Below the pieces are notes generated by a model. That model was not told where the DNA came from and made no database searches. It saw only the letters and a program-made list of their open reading frames with translations. 64,000 nucleotides of DNA, from positions 41,478,001-41,542,000 of the forward strand of contig OZ024746.1 in the NCBI GenBank assembly GCA_964016885.1, given 5' to 3'. The translations under genes and the position numbers were made by a program. This document shows, one piece after another, positions 1-11,590 of this stretch. Source of the DNA: Eledone cirrhosa. Its lineage: Eukaryota. How positions within the stretch are numbered: the stretch's first letter is position 1; each line of letters opens with the position of its first letter.

Positions 1-393
1 CGGTTCATCAACCATTTTCCGTCCGACACATTTCGATGGAGTCATGCTGGGTTCAGTACTTCACACGTCTGCTCATACTTCAGAGAAAGCACCCGCACAT
101 ACTAAAGTACACACATAAACACACACACATGCCGACACATACCTATTTATGCATACACACACGTACGCCTACATGCGCAGCCACACACACCACCACATAC
201 ATAGATCAAAGTATATATACACAAACCCTCACTTCCACGGACCCAGTCACACCCACTTGTTGATACATATCGCCACAAGCCTTCTGACGGCTGCTTACTT
301 CGCACCCTATATCAGTTGGGATAAACATATCCTACTCAAACATATACATACATACATACGTGCGCCCATTTACATACACCCAACCTTCTATAC

Positions 394-463
<70 letters not shown>

Positions 464-1037
464 ATATATACACACTCATACACACACATATATATATATA
501 CACATACACACATACATACACATACATACATATACACACACATGTGTATACACATATATATCATCATTCATCATTTCATTTTACGTCCACTTTTCCCTGC
601 TTGCAAGGGTGGGACGGGAACTGATTCTGGCTTGATTTCTACAGCTGGATGCCCTTCCTAACATCAACCTCATTTACAGTGAGTGCTGGATGCTTTTTGC
701 CGTGGCACCTCCACGACCACTTTACAGTGGAATGATAGGGACCCCAGTCCCTATCATCTCATTTCTACAGCTGAGTAAACTGGAGCAATGTGAAATAAAG
801 TGTGTTGCTCAAGGAAACAACACATCACTCGGTCTGAGAATTGAACTCACAACCTTTCGATTGCAAGCCCAATGCTCTAACCACTAAGCCATGTGCCTCC
901 AATGGTATATGTATGTATGTATGTATATATCGACACATATACATACATACACACACATACATATATGTATACTCCCACATGTCCACACATACATACAAAT
1001 AAACATACGTTCATAAACATTACCTACAGACGTACAT

Positions 1038-1076
<39 letters not shown>

Positions 1077-1355
1077 CACACAAAAAAGAAAAGAGACAAC
1101 TTAACATGCATACGCACATCCACATATGTATACATACAAATACCTACGCATATGCCGATGTACATACATCTACACATGCATACACTTGCACATATGCATA
1201 TCTGCCCACACACACATGTGCTTCCATATATAAATATATAAACACAACTGTAAGTTAAAAGTTAAAAATACATTATGCAATAAAAACAATATACCACAAA
1301 ATAATGGTAAATTACAGTAACATAAAAAATATACAATGTAATATAATATATAATA

Positions 1356-1413
<58 letters not shown>

Positions 1414-1426
1414 ATCTCTCCCCCTA

Positions 1427-1469
<43 letters not shown>

Positions 1470-1995
1470 TACACACACATGTACACAGACTCATATATAC
1501 ATATACGGATATATACAGATATATATAAAGGATATGTGATAAAGTAATACAACAAGAATAATAGTGATAATAAAAATAATAAAAAGCATATATAGTCCAT
1601 ATATAATCATCCGCACACATTCCTATGAGATGCACATAAACACATACTTGTATGCACAAATACACATACACACATATAGAGGCCCGCATATGCATGCACC
1701 TGCACGCACACCATATCCATACATATACATACACACACACATATATATACGCACACTTACTCACCCACACACACACCTACTCATACGTGGCTATACGTAC
1801 ATACTCACCCATACATATATATATTCATATTTAGACACACACATACATATACACACATACACCCACATTCCGCCACATATGTATATACATACACATGTTT
1901 GCACATACAGGCGCGTATAAGCTCATGCACACACGCACCCATGCTGATACACACACCCAAGAACCCACCCACGTATATAAATATACATACATACG
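1..1995 (+). repeat. Left arm of large inverted repeat (runs off the window start)
   Basis: Position 1 (cggttcatcaaccattttccgtcc) is the reverse complement of 4228 backwards. Unique blocks match in order (ccacggacccagtcacacc, gcacacattcctatgaga, ccacattccgccaca) down to 1995 pairing with 2653. Confidence 0.95.
561..900 (-). mobile_element. Young composite tRNA-derived SINE (group 1) with RTE-type 3' tail
   Basis: Minus strand reads GGAGGCACATGGCTTAGTGGTTAGAGC (A box) and GAGTTCAATTC (B box), then ccttgagcaa-acactttatttcac core, then ggaagggcatccagctgtagaaa, ending in a (TGA)n tail. Near-identical to 47071-47404 and 61651-61995. Confidence 0.92.
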
Positions 1996-2367
1996 CGTCT
2001 ATACACACACACACGTACATATACCAACACACAGGTCCACACATAAAAGCACGCGATATGATAATAAAACAATATGATAATAAAATAAAATAAATAAATA
2101 AATTTACAATATTTTAGGGTACATTAAAATCTGCATGTAACTGCATAAATAGGTACAAGAAAAGAAGGGATAAAATAAAGGAACGGGTAAAAAAAAAAAA
2201 AAAAAAATAAATAAAAAAAAAAATAAATAAAAAAAAAAAATGGGAGGGGTGGTACAGGAGAAGGTGCGTGCGTCCGTGCGATATACTACACACAGGTATT
2301 ATGAGATGCAAACTTGTGTCCGTGTATAGAACAGGTAACAGTAAGAGAACAATGATAGAACAATAAT

Positions 2368-2556
2368 TGTTTCTACTTTTTGGCACAAGGCCAGCAATTA
2401 CCCAGTGCATTACTGGTACTTTATTTTATCGACCCCGTAAGGATGAAAGGCAAAGTTAACCTCGGCGGGATTTGAACTCAGAATGGCAAAGACCGTAACT
2501 CTATGCGTCAAAGCATGGCGTCCGACTCTCTACCGATACTGCCAATCCATCGCCCT
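2368..2556 (-). mobile_element. tRNA-derived SINE (group 2) in the inverted-repeat spacer
   Basis: Minus strand has B box GAGTTCAAATCCC and the central domain ttgcctttcatccttacggggtcgataaaataaagtaccag. It is flanked by atagaacaataat (2355-2367 and 2571-2583). Confidence 0.9.
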
Positions 2557-2652
2557 AGACACACACATACATAGAACAATAATAGAACAATAATGATATT
2601 AATAATCACTGTTCCAAAGTGGAACAGGCGGAGAGTATATAGTCACGATTTA

Positions 2653-3162
2653 CGTATGTATGTATATTTATATACGTGGGTGGGTGCATGGGTGTGTGTA
2701 TGGGCATGGGTGCTTGTGTGCATGAGCTTATACGCGCCTGTATATGCAAACATGTGTATGTATATACATGTGTGGCGGAATGTGGGTGTATGTGTGTGTC
2801 TAAATATGAATATATATATGTATGTACGTATAGCCACGTATGAGTATGTGTGTGTGTGGGTGAGTAAGTGTGCGTATATATATGTGTGTGTGTATGTATA
2901 TGTATGGATATGGTGTGCGTGCAGGTGCATGCATATGCGGGCCTCTATATGTGTGTATGTGTATTTGTGCATACAAGTATGTGTTTATGTGCATCTCATA
3001 GGAATGTGTGCGGATGATTATATATGGACTATATATGCTTTTTATTATTTTTATTATCACTATTATTCTTGTTGTATTACTTTATTACATATCCTTTATA
3101 TATATCTGTATATATCCGTATATGTATATATGAGTCTGTGTACATGTGTGTGTATATATATA

Positions 3163-3232
<70 letters not shown>

Positions 3233-3501
3233 TATATATATATTAGGGGGAGAGATAGATATATATATAGATATATATATCATATTGTATATTATATTAC
3301 ATTGTACATTTTTTTATGTTACGGTAATTTACCATTATTTTGTGGTATATTGTTTTTATTGCATAATGTATTTTTAACTTTTAACTTTTATTATTTTTAT
3401 TATCACTATTATTCTTGTATTACTTTATCACATATCCTTTATATATATCTGTATATATCCGTATATGTATATATGAGTCTGTGTACATGTGTGTGTGTGT
3501 A

Positions 3502-3557
<56 letters not shown>

Positions 3558-4228
3558 AATGTACATCTGTAGGTAATGTTTATGAACGTATGTGTATTTG
3601 TATGTATGTGTGGACATGTGGGAGTATACATATATGTATGTATGTGTGTGTATGTATGTATATGTGTGTATATATATATGTGTATACACATGTATGTATA
3701 TATGTATGTATGTGTATGTATGTGTGTATGTGTATATATATGTGTGTGTATGAGTGTGTATATATATATATATATATATATAAATGTATAGAAGGTTGGG
3801 TGTATGTAAATGGGCGCACGTATGTATGTATGTATGTATGTATGTATGTATGTATGTATGTATGTATGTATGTATGTATGTATATGTTTGAGTAGGATAT
3901 GCTTATCCCAATTGACACAGGGTGCGAAGTAAGCAGCCGTCAGAAGGCTTGTGGCGATATGTATCAACAAGTGGGTGTGACTGGGTCCGTGGAAGTTAGG
4001 GAGAGAGAGTGTGTATATATATACTTCGATGTATGTATGTGGGTGTGTCTGCGCATGTAGGCGTATGTGTGTGTATGCATAAATAGGTATGTGTCGGCAT
4101 GTGTGTGTGTTTATGTGTGTACTTTAGTATGTGCGGGTGCTTTCTCTGAAGTATGAGCAGACGTGTGAAGTACTGAACCCAGCATGACTCCATCGAAATG
4201 TGTTGGACGGAAAATGGTTGATGAACCG
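2653..4228 (-). repeat. Right arm of large inverted repeat
   Basis: Reverse complement of 1-1995 without the SINE at 561-900. It has an internal duplication (about 3040-3160 repeated at about 3387-3510) that replaces left-arm 1080-1250. Confidence 0.95.
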
Positions 4229-4583
4229 TGTGGCAGCAGATACTGACCAGAACTTGTGATGACGTGGAGTAAAAACAGCCAATGGCATGACAAGAGTGGA
4301 AATAGGGTTTTTTGAGGGTGCTTTTTTATGATAACACCCCAGTGATAAAATTTGCTCCGGACGAAACACCCGTGTTTGAAAGAACCTGCAGAAGTAGAAT
4401 CAGCCAGATCCATACAAGGACCATGTCTCGAGCTACATGCTGGCAAAACATTTGTAGCACGAAATAAACTAAGTCCAGATGCATCACTGATTTTTCGTTT
4501 TCTTTATAATATATATATATATATATATTTCAAATATGGAAAAAGCAAACAAGTTAAAAAAATCTTTACTTACTCACTTTAAT

Positions 4584-4661
4584 GTCTCTACTGCAGTTTC
4601 ATTAGGAAAATAACAAAACTCTGAGTAGAGTATCGCGAGAAATCCTAAATCATCAGGAGAC
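4584..4661 (-). ncRNA. Type I hammerhead ribozyme, minimal palindromic helix III (PLE/retrozyme type)
   Basis: Minus strand: GUCUC-CUGAUGA-U UUAGGA..UCCUAA U-GAAA-CUGCAG-UA-GAGAC. Helix I is 5 bp, helix II is 6 bp, helix III is the palindrome ACUGCAGU, triplet GUA, and the core is intact. Confidence 0.8.
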
Positions 4662-4813
4662 TTTCTCTGTTCAGAAGTAAAATTCAAAACAAGAATTCCC
4701 GTTCGTGTTCAGTGAAAATTTCGAATGAAATGACTGTCACGTGACAACTGACCAACAGGAGGATAGTAAAGTGGATGGTGGCAGGCAATGTGCTACTAAA
4801 AAGTAGTTTGGGA

Positions 4814-4900
<87 letters not shown>

Positions 4901-4909
4901 GTGAGTATT

Positions 4910-5076
4910 GGGTTCAATCAGGGGTAACCACAGTAAGTAAGGTACTCAATACATTAGTAGAGTATGTACAACATTTTATACAGAAACAGCTTCTCCAGGG
5001 CTAGAACTGTTTCATTCGAAGGATATCATCAGAAAGACCCCGATGAAGTCCTGTAGAAGCCATTTCTATATTAAAT
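4910..5076 (-). mobile_element. PLE pseudo-LTR-like remnant, family B, with mutated hammerhead and short inverted copy
   Basis: Minus strand reads CTGATGA..GAAACAGttctagccCTG(G)A gaagc. An inverted partial copy gtcctgtagaagccatttctata lies at about 5048-5070. Homologous to the copies at 38761, 46885 and 50060. Confidence 0.7.
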
Positions 5077-5097
5077 TATATATACATATATGGACAT

Positions 5098-5480
5098 ACA
5101 TACATGATGGAAGCAGCTTGATTTTGAAATTTGCCATCACATGATTCTTTTTCACACATGGGTATCATGACTATGACTTTTTAGCCCTGGCAAGGAGTTA
5201 CAATCCTTTCTTCATCTGCTGCAATGAAAGAAAAGGAATGGCTTTTCTTCGCTATGGCCAGCCATGTCCATGCATCACACATGACAGATGTTTAAATCAA
5301 GTGATGCCGCTGCTTGAAGCTTTTTTAAGTGAAGAAAGACCTTGCACTGGACCAAACTGACAGGTATCCAAAAAGAATAACAGGTCAACATCATTGGTTA
5401 CTACTGAGTTGTATGTTTTATATCAGGGTTTTCCTTCTCTTAGAATGATGGTCTAACATGGACTAGGGGTCTCTCACTCC
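5098..5480 (-). mobile_element. Degraded non-autonomous retroelement with (TATG)n tail
   Basis: Colinear with 56655-56985: shared catacatgatgg..tgccatc start and tatatcag-g..ccttctc block. Confidence 0.5.
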
Positions 5481-5619
5481 TGGTGGGCTAACTGCACACT
5501 CAGGTACCAAACCAAGTATTTTCATGTTCTTATGCATACATCTATACATCCATACATGCATACATACATATATACATGTTTTTTTTTTGTATATATATAA
5601 ATAAATATATTTATATATC

Positions 5620-6265
5620 AATCATTTACCGTCCACTTTTTCTGTTAGCAAGAGTTGGATGGGTCCTCACTGACCATGTTTGTACTGAAGCTAGGCCACT
5701 GGCCTCTGAGACGGCGGTTTGCATTTCTCTTAGATATGGTTCCCAGTTCTACCAAGTGAATTTTATTATGTTGGTACCAGTACTAGAGAGGTTGTCATGA
5801 CTTTGACACAACTGGGGGGGGGGGGTCTTCCCAGCTCTTTGTTTGGCAAACTTTTTATGGTTGAATGCCCTTCCTATCATCAATCACTTCACAGCCTGTA
5901 CTTGGTTTGTTTTCATGTAGATAACCAACACTAAGGAGGTTTTCATGTCTTTGACATAACTGGAGGCTCCTTCCAGCCCTTTGTTTGGCCAGTTTTCTAT
6001 GGCTGGATGCCCTTCCTATTAGCAATCACTTCACAGCAAGTACTGGATTTGTTTTCATGTAAATTACCAAGACTAGGGAAGTTTTCATGTCTTTGACATA
6101 ACTAGAGGGTCCTCCCAATCCTATATTTGGCAAGCTTTCTATGGTTGGATGCTTTCCTATTGCCAACCACTTTACAGCATGTACTGGGTATCCTGTAGAT
6201 CACCAACACTAGGAAGGTTGTCATATCCTTGACATAACTGAAGAGGCCTTCCAACCCTATATTTG
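5620..6265 (-). mobile_element. SINE-like element with about 3.5 tandem copies of a ~140-bp module
   Basis: Units start near 5782, 5930, 6072 and 6208 (actag-gaggttgtcatg-ctttgaca-aact..ggatgcccttcct). An RTE-type tail lies near 5620-5665. Related sequence occurs at 7140-7390 (+) and 20960-21290 (+). Confidence 0.7.
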
Positions 6266-6577
6266 TTTTATATATGAGTAAAACACCAACATGATCCTAT
6301 CTCTAGGTATTTTCCACAGAAAACATTTTATCTTTACAGGAAACTAACCAAATGCTGTTAAATCAAGAAATAATGCAGATAAAATTCACATACACTATTT
6401 AATCTTCTATACTGTATCTCTGCATGTTAGAGGGTGCAACTAAAATGGATAATGTTAGGAATGCATATTGTAAGAAGCGACTAAAATGGATGGTGTTAGG
6501 AAGGAGATTTAACTGTAAAAACAGCCTCGCTAAAATACTGTTGAGCGCATGCTAACATGGAAAAGCAAATGTAGTAG

Positions 6578-6683
6578 CGATGATGATTATTATTATAATG
6601 ATGATGGTGAGGATGATGATTATAATGAGAATGATGATTATGATGATGATGATAATGATGATGATGATGATAATGATAATTAT
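6578..6683. repeat. Degenerate (ATG)n microsatellite
   Basis: Direct reading. It produces the His-rich ORF 6496-6687. Confidence 0.9.
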
Positions 6684-6989
6684 ACAACTTCTACCTTCTT
6701 ATATGATAAAGTATTATAAGGATTTGGTTTGATTAAATAAGAGAAAAGAATTATTATTTAAAATAAACCATGACTCAAAATTAGATTAACTATACTGGAG
6801 TGGTGGGAGGGGCACACAACATGGGTGATGAAGAAATGAATAAGTTGGGAGTATCTGAACTGAATGAAGGTGACATGAAACTAGGAAGCTCCGAGGAGCA
6901 GAGACTACTGTAGTAATCATAGATGATGCAAAGGGAAGAGACAGCATATCTATGAGCTAGTGGCTGTAGAATGTCAATAAAGGAATTTA

Positions 6990-7135
6990 TACTGATTAGC
7001 TGAGGGCATTGTTTTCTGGGTATGGTCCTGGAAGCTGTCCCAGAAGTAGAGACAGTACTCCATTGTGGGTTTCATCTGTGCCTCATAAAGAGTCATTAGT
7101 TGTTGAAAAGGGAAGTATTTTCTGGCCTTGAGGAG
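6990..7135 (-). pseudogene. LINE (CR1/Jockey-like) ORF2 fragment downstream of RT
   Basis: KARKYFPFQQLMTLYEAQMKPTMEYCLYFW resembles the LLxLYKAQIRPxMEYCxxVW motif. Confidence 0.6.
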
Positions 7136-10100
7136 TACATGCTCTAAAATGGTTGGTGTTAGGAAAGACATCCAGCCATAGAAAGCTTGCTAAACAAAAG
7201 GTTGGGAGGACCCTTCAGTTGCATCAAAGTCATGACAATCTCTCTAGTACTGGTGCCACCACAATAAAATGCACTGGGTAGAATGAGGAACTGTATGTAA
7301 GAGTGATGCAAACCCAAAACTTGTTTGGGAGGTCAGTGGCACAGTTTCAGTACAAACGTGGTCTGTGAGGACCCATCCAACACTTGTTAATGGTCAATTG
7401 TTGGGATGTGGTCATAGTTGTTAAGAATGTGTATTCTCTGATGTTTCAACAAATAGGTGGTTTTTCTCATCTTTTAATATTTCTCTGCATTAACTTAAAT
7501 AGTATTATGCTGGAAGAGTATCTTCTAAAACCATTTTTTTTCTAAATATTCTTTATATCATAAGTATTCATTTCAAAATAAGTTTTTATTTTCTTTTAGC
7601 TCACAATTTATTTTATATTTAATATCACATAACAAATTTATTTCAATGAATGTAAGTTGAATATAATTTAGAACTTACAATGAAATCTGGTGTTATTTGT
7701 CTTATATTAGGGAGAATGTACATGATAAAAAAGAAAATATAAATATCATAACATAAAAATTGAAGATTTAGGAATCCTTTGTCTTCAATTTCTTTGACAG
7801 TTACTAAGAATAACATTTTCTCTCTATTCACATGAGAGAAAAAACATTGATTATGGCCTGATATGAGATATGATTGTGTTGTTCCTATTCATTGTTAGAA
7901 TTGTTAATATAAAGTGTTATGATCAACAGGGCTTAAGGCTGAGAACTTCACAGCTTGAGTGGCAGTGAGGGAGACATATTTGAACATCTCTGAGAAACAG
8001 AAAACATCTTGAAGGCAAAAAGCACCACATTGAATGATATGACAAAGAATTAGCCAATGGGGTGTCAAAAAAGAAGTCAATAAATAAAATACATTCTTTA
8101 TAATTTTGGTTCGACAAAGAAATATTTTCAACCTATTTTCAGTATCATTTGCTCATATCAAACTCTTTTCATACTTTTAATAGCTAGACTTGTGTTCAAT
8201 AGTGAGACATATTCCTGCATCATGTGATGGTAAATAGGAAGTTCAATGAAAGAGTTATGTTCAAATGCAATTCACAAAAAAATATTTGATATTTGTTTAA
8301 TACATAAGGATTTTCATAAGACAATCAACTTTTCTAAGTGCACATTTTAACAAGGAATTCTATCTGATGCTCTAATGCCTCTGATAATCCACTGCCATTG
8401 ACTTGTACTTTACCTCTCAACCCTAACAAAGTAGTAAATATATAAAATAGCAAAGGTAGATACCCATTAAAGTAAAGAAAATTTACCCTAAAAACAAAAT
8501 AAAACAGTATGTATACCTTATTTATTAGTTGATAGTATAACACTTACTGATTTTTCCTGCTATTAGTTTAGACATGTATTGATCATGTACAGAATCAAGT
8601 GCGCTTGTCATCAACGTTTCACAACCAATTTAAGAGATATAAGAGTACAAGTTTTGTAATTGATTTTTAAGTTGGGAAAATCAACTCTTTAAGTAATTGA
8701 TGCTACTTAACCTTTTGATAAATGAAGTGATATATTGGTCACTGTTGGCTGTGAATGGAATTCGTCACAGAAACATTATTATCAATATAAACCCTGGTTG
8801 GCCAATGGTGCCATGAAAAGTACACCACTTACTGAAAGGTTAAAGAATCTCTTTAGAATTAATTCTTTGACAAAAAGCTAATGTCGTATTTCTCCATTAT
8901 CCAATTCATTCACTGCTAAATTGTTGCTGACTGGTCTCTATGTATAGAGAAATTTTAGTATATGACTTTCCTAGTTATTGTATTAGAAATATCACTGATA
9001 TGAAAAATAGATGTCTTAACTAAAATATTGAACAAGGAATCTTTGGGCAGCTTATATTCTTTGAGAATTCATAAATGTGAACCATTATCATATTTTATAA
9101 GCTGTTATGTATATGTCATTGATTTTTATTTGCTTGTTAGCCTCCAGGCTGGTGTTGATGCAAGAAAATCGTTTATAAAATATGAGAATGAATTGAATGC
9201 AAAAGTAATTACATTATGATGCTAATTTGAACTAAAATATCATTGTGAATATAAGCTACAGAAAATATTGTAAACACGCTTATGTGATTTGTTATATAGT
9301 TACTGTGATTGCTGCTTTGTGTTACAAAGACAAAGATATTGATAAATTGGGTATTGTGAATGACTAGTGAAATAGACTATTCTATACCAAAGTACAGAAA
9401 TCTCAGTGACAAAAGATTATATGCCCTACCTGCAGATACTGGAATTAAAGATAGACATTCTTTTCAAGTTCACCTTTTGTTATATTAAACATCTTTCTTC
9501 CCTTTCTTTTCACATTTTTCAATTCCATCTTTCCTGTCCAGCCTAATCTACTTCCACTTTCTGACTGTTATATCATTGTTATGAACAGTAAATTACCAAT
9601 AAAATGATAATATAACGACATATCAAATTGTCTGTCTATGTTCCTTACTAGAAAATATTCTGCTTATCTATTTCTACTGATACAAGTAATAGTTACAGAG
9701 ATAAATTCAGGATACATAATTTAATACAACATTGACTTTTCTAGGTTATTACAGTTATTATACTTACTAATGTTCTAATGAACATTTTCTAGTTATTTTA
9801 ATGAATATTTCATGACTTTTTAAATTAAAATATTACCAGCAGTCGATCTAAGAGATAAACCCCATAATCACAATTACAGCAAAGTAGTCATTCTATGATA
9901 AATAGTCAAGTTAGACTTTTCACAAACTGCAAAGATTAGTTGAATAGGTGATAGATAAATCTCTTTCTAGATAGGAGGTTAATCTATTTCAAGTAGTGTT
10001 AACAAAAGTCTCGTTACCTATTATATATTTGGGTATAGAATCCAATTTTCTGCTAAATATACTTTCAGTATTCCTTTTTCATATCACTGTAATCTATGGA

Positions 10101-11029
10101 GAATATGCTAATCTCTGGTTTCTGTGCTTTTAAGCAGATGAGAGAAACATTCCAAACTTGATAGAATGTCAGTCTATTGTGGGTATGATTTTCTCATGGG
10201 AGGAACCGAACTCAGTACTGCCAGATAAAAAAAATCATTTATCAATCTTATTTACTGTTATATACAATTGTGAACTATACCTGTGAGAAGAAATAGAAAC
10301 TACCAGCATCTTGGGTGGTTATCTAGTACACAATCATCTACATTAGATTCTTATAAAGATATAATAAAACATTGGAAATAAGATATGAATTTCAGATCTT
10401 TGGGTTGCTAATTTGCTCCTGTTTATAACATTTTATTTAGGAGAAGAACTAGTTAATGGAAAATCTAGATATTTGAGATCACTTTAAATATATTTATCAA
10501 TATACTGAAGCATTATGCAGAAGCTCTTTAGTTTGGCTTAGATATTGAAATAGGATTTTCATTTCACATTGCTATTGTAATATTTAGGAGAAGTGCCTAA
10601 AGAATTTTGGAGAAACTTCTAGGAACTTCACAAACATATTTAATTAAGACCAGGAAAAAGACATCTTGAGTATTGAAAGAAGATATTCTTGGTAGCATTT
10701 TTACTGAGTATTTGCAAAATACTTCATATTTGTCAAGAGCATTACAGTTATGAAAGGATATGAAACTTCCTTTATATTCATTAACAAAGTACAGATTATG
10801 ATGTTTGTCAAAGAGTGAAAGAAATGCATAAAATAAGTCAAGGAAATGTATTGAAAATATGTACCAATGTTGTATATAGAGTGACTGTGTACACTATATA
10901 TATATATTGGAGAACTCTACACAAATTATGTATATGCATATCCTTGAGTACTGTAGTGCGATTAAAGTACTGTATTTAAGCTATTACTAAAAAACAAGAT
11001 AAAACCATAAATAAAAAGTTATGTATAAA

Positions 11030-11590
11030 AGTTGTATAGTAGGTGAACTACTATATACAAGCTATAGGTAAAAAGTTGTATATAAGATATAGGCAACCTG
11101 CCATATATAACCTATAAATAAACTAATGTATAATAAACTATAGGTAAACTGATGTATTACAAACTATAGAGTAGAAAGGTCCTCTTGTTGGTTATGGAAC
11201 AGGAAAGGAGAGAAAAGCCAGAAACTAGGAGAAAATGGGCAGTAATCTGGCCTCCATTGTTGACCCACCAATGAGAGGATTTTATGGTTAAGGGTCAAAA
11301 CACCCAATGAACATTGGACAGCATCTGATGATATCAACTTGTACTGGCCAAGGCTATATTCACTGAAGGTCAATATAGCCTTGGCCTTCTTTAAGATGTA
11401 GTTATACTTGTTATAAACCACATGTAAACTACTTTATATAATCTACAGCTAAACTTTTGTATACAAACTATAGATGAACTGCTGTATACAAAAATAGGTG
11501 AACAGTTGTACATAAGCTATAGATAAACTGCTCTATATAAACTATAGGTGATCTGTTGTATAGGTGAAATGCTGAATATTATAAACTGTA
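11030..11590. repeat. Degenerate ~25-30 bp minisatellite interrupted by a ~250-bp insert
   Basis: Recurrent aaactataggt(a/g)aactgctgtata units at 11030-11170 and 11425-11590. The insert at 11170-11420 is a possible decayed LINE RT piece. Confidence 0.6.

Noticed and set aside
690-887. Recurrent ORF ..IISFLQLSKLEQCEIKC.. (also 47084 and 61743)
   Set aside because: It is the antisense reading of a SINE, repeated because the SINE is repeated.
830-900. tRNA-like A and B boxes
   Set aside because: These are SINE heads. There is no proper acceptor stem and the sequence runs on into the SINE core.
36-3970. Many 60-217 aa ORFs rich in YI, HT or CV (also near 15300-15800, 24400, 26000 and 46600)
   Set aside because: They are translations of (TA)n, (CA)n and (TG)n microsatellites, which lack stop codons, and have no domain content.
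4111-4582. ORFs next to the hammerhead as a possible PLE RT or GIY-YIG fragment
   Set aside because: No RT or GIY-YIG motifs were recognised in any frame.
5782-6265. CRISPR-like periodicity (also 34475-34700 and 45810-46030)
   Set aside because: Whole units are homologous with no unique spacers, there are no cas genes, and the context is eukaryotic SINE sequence.
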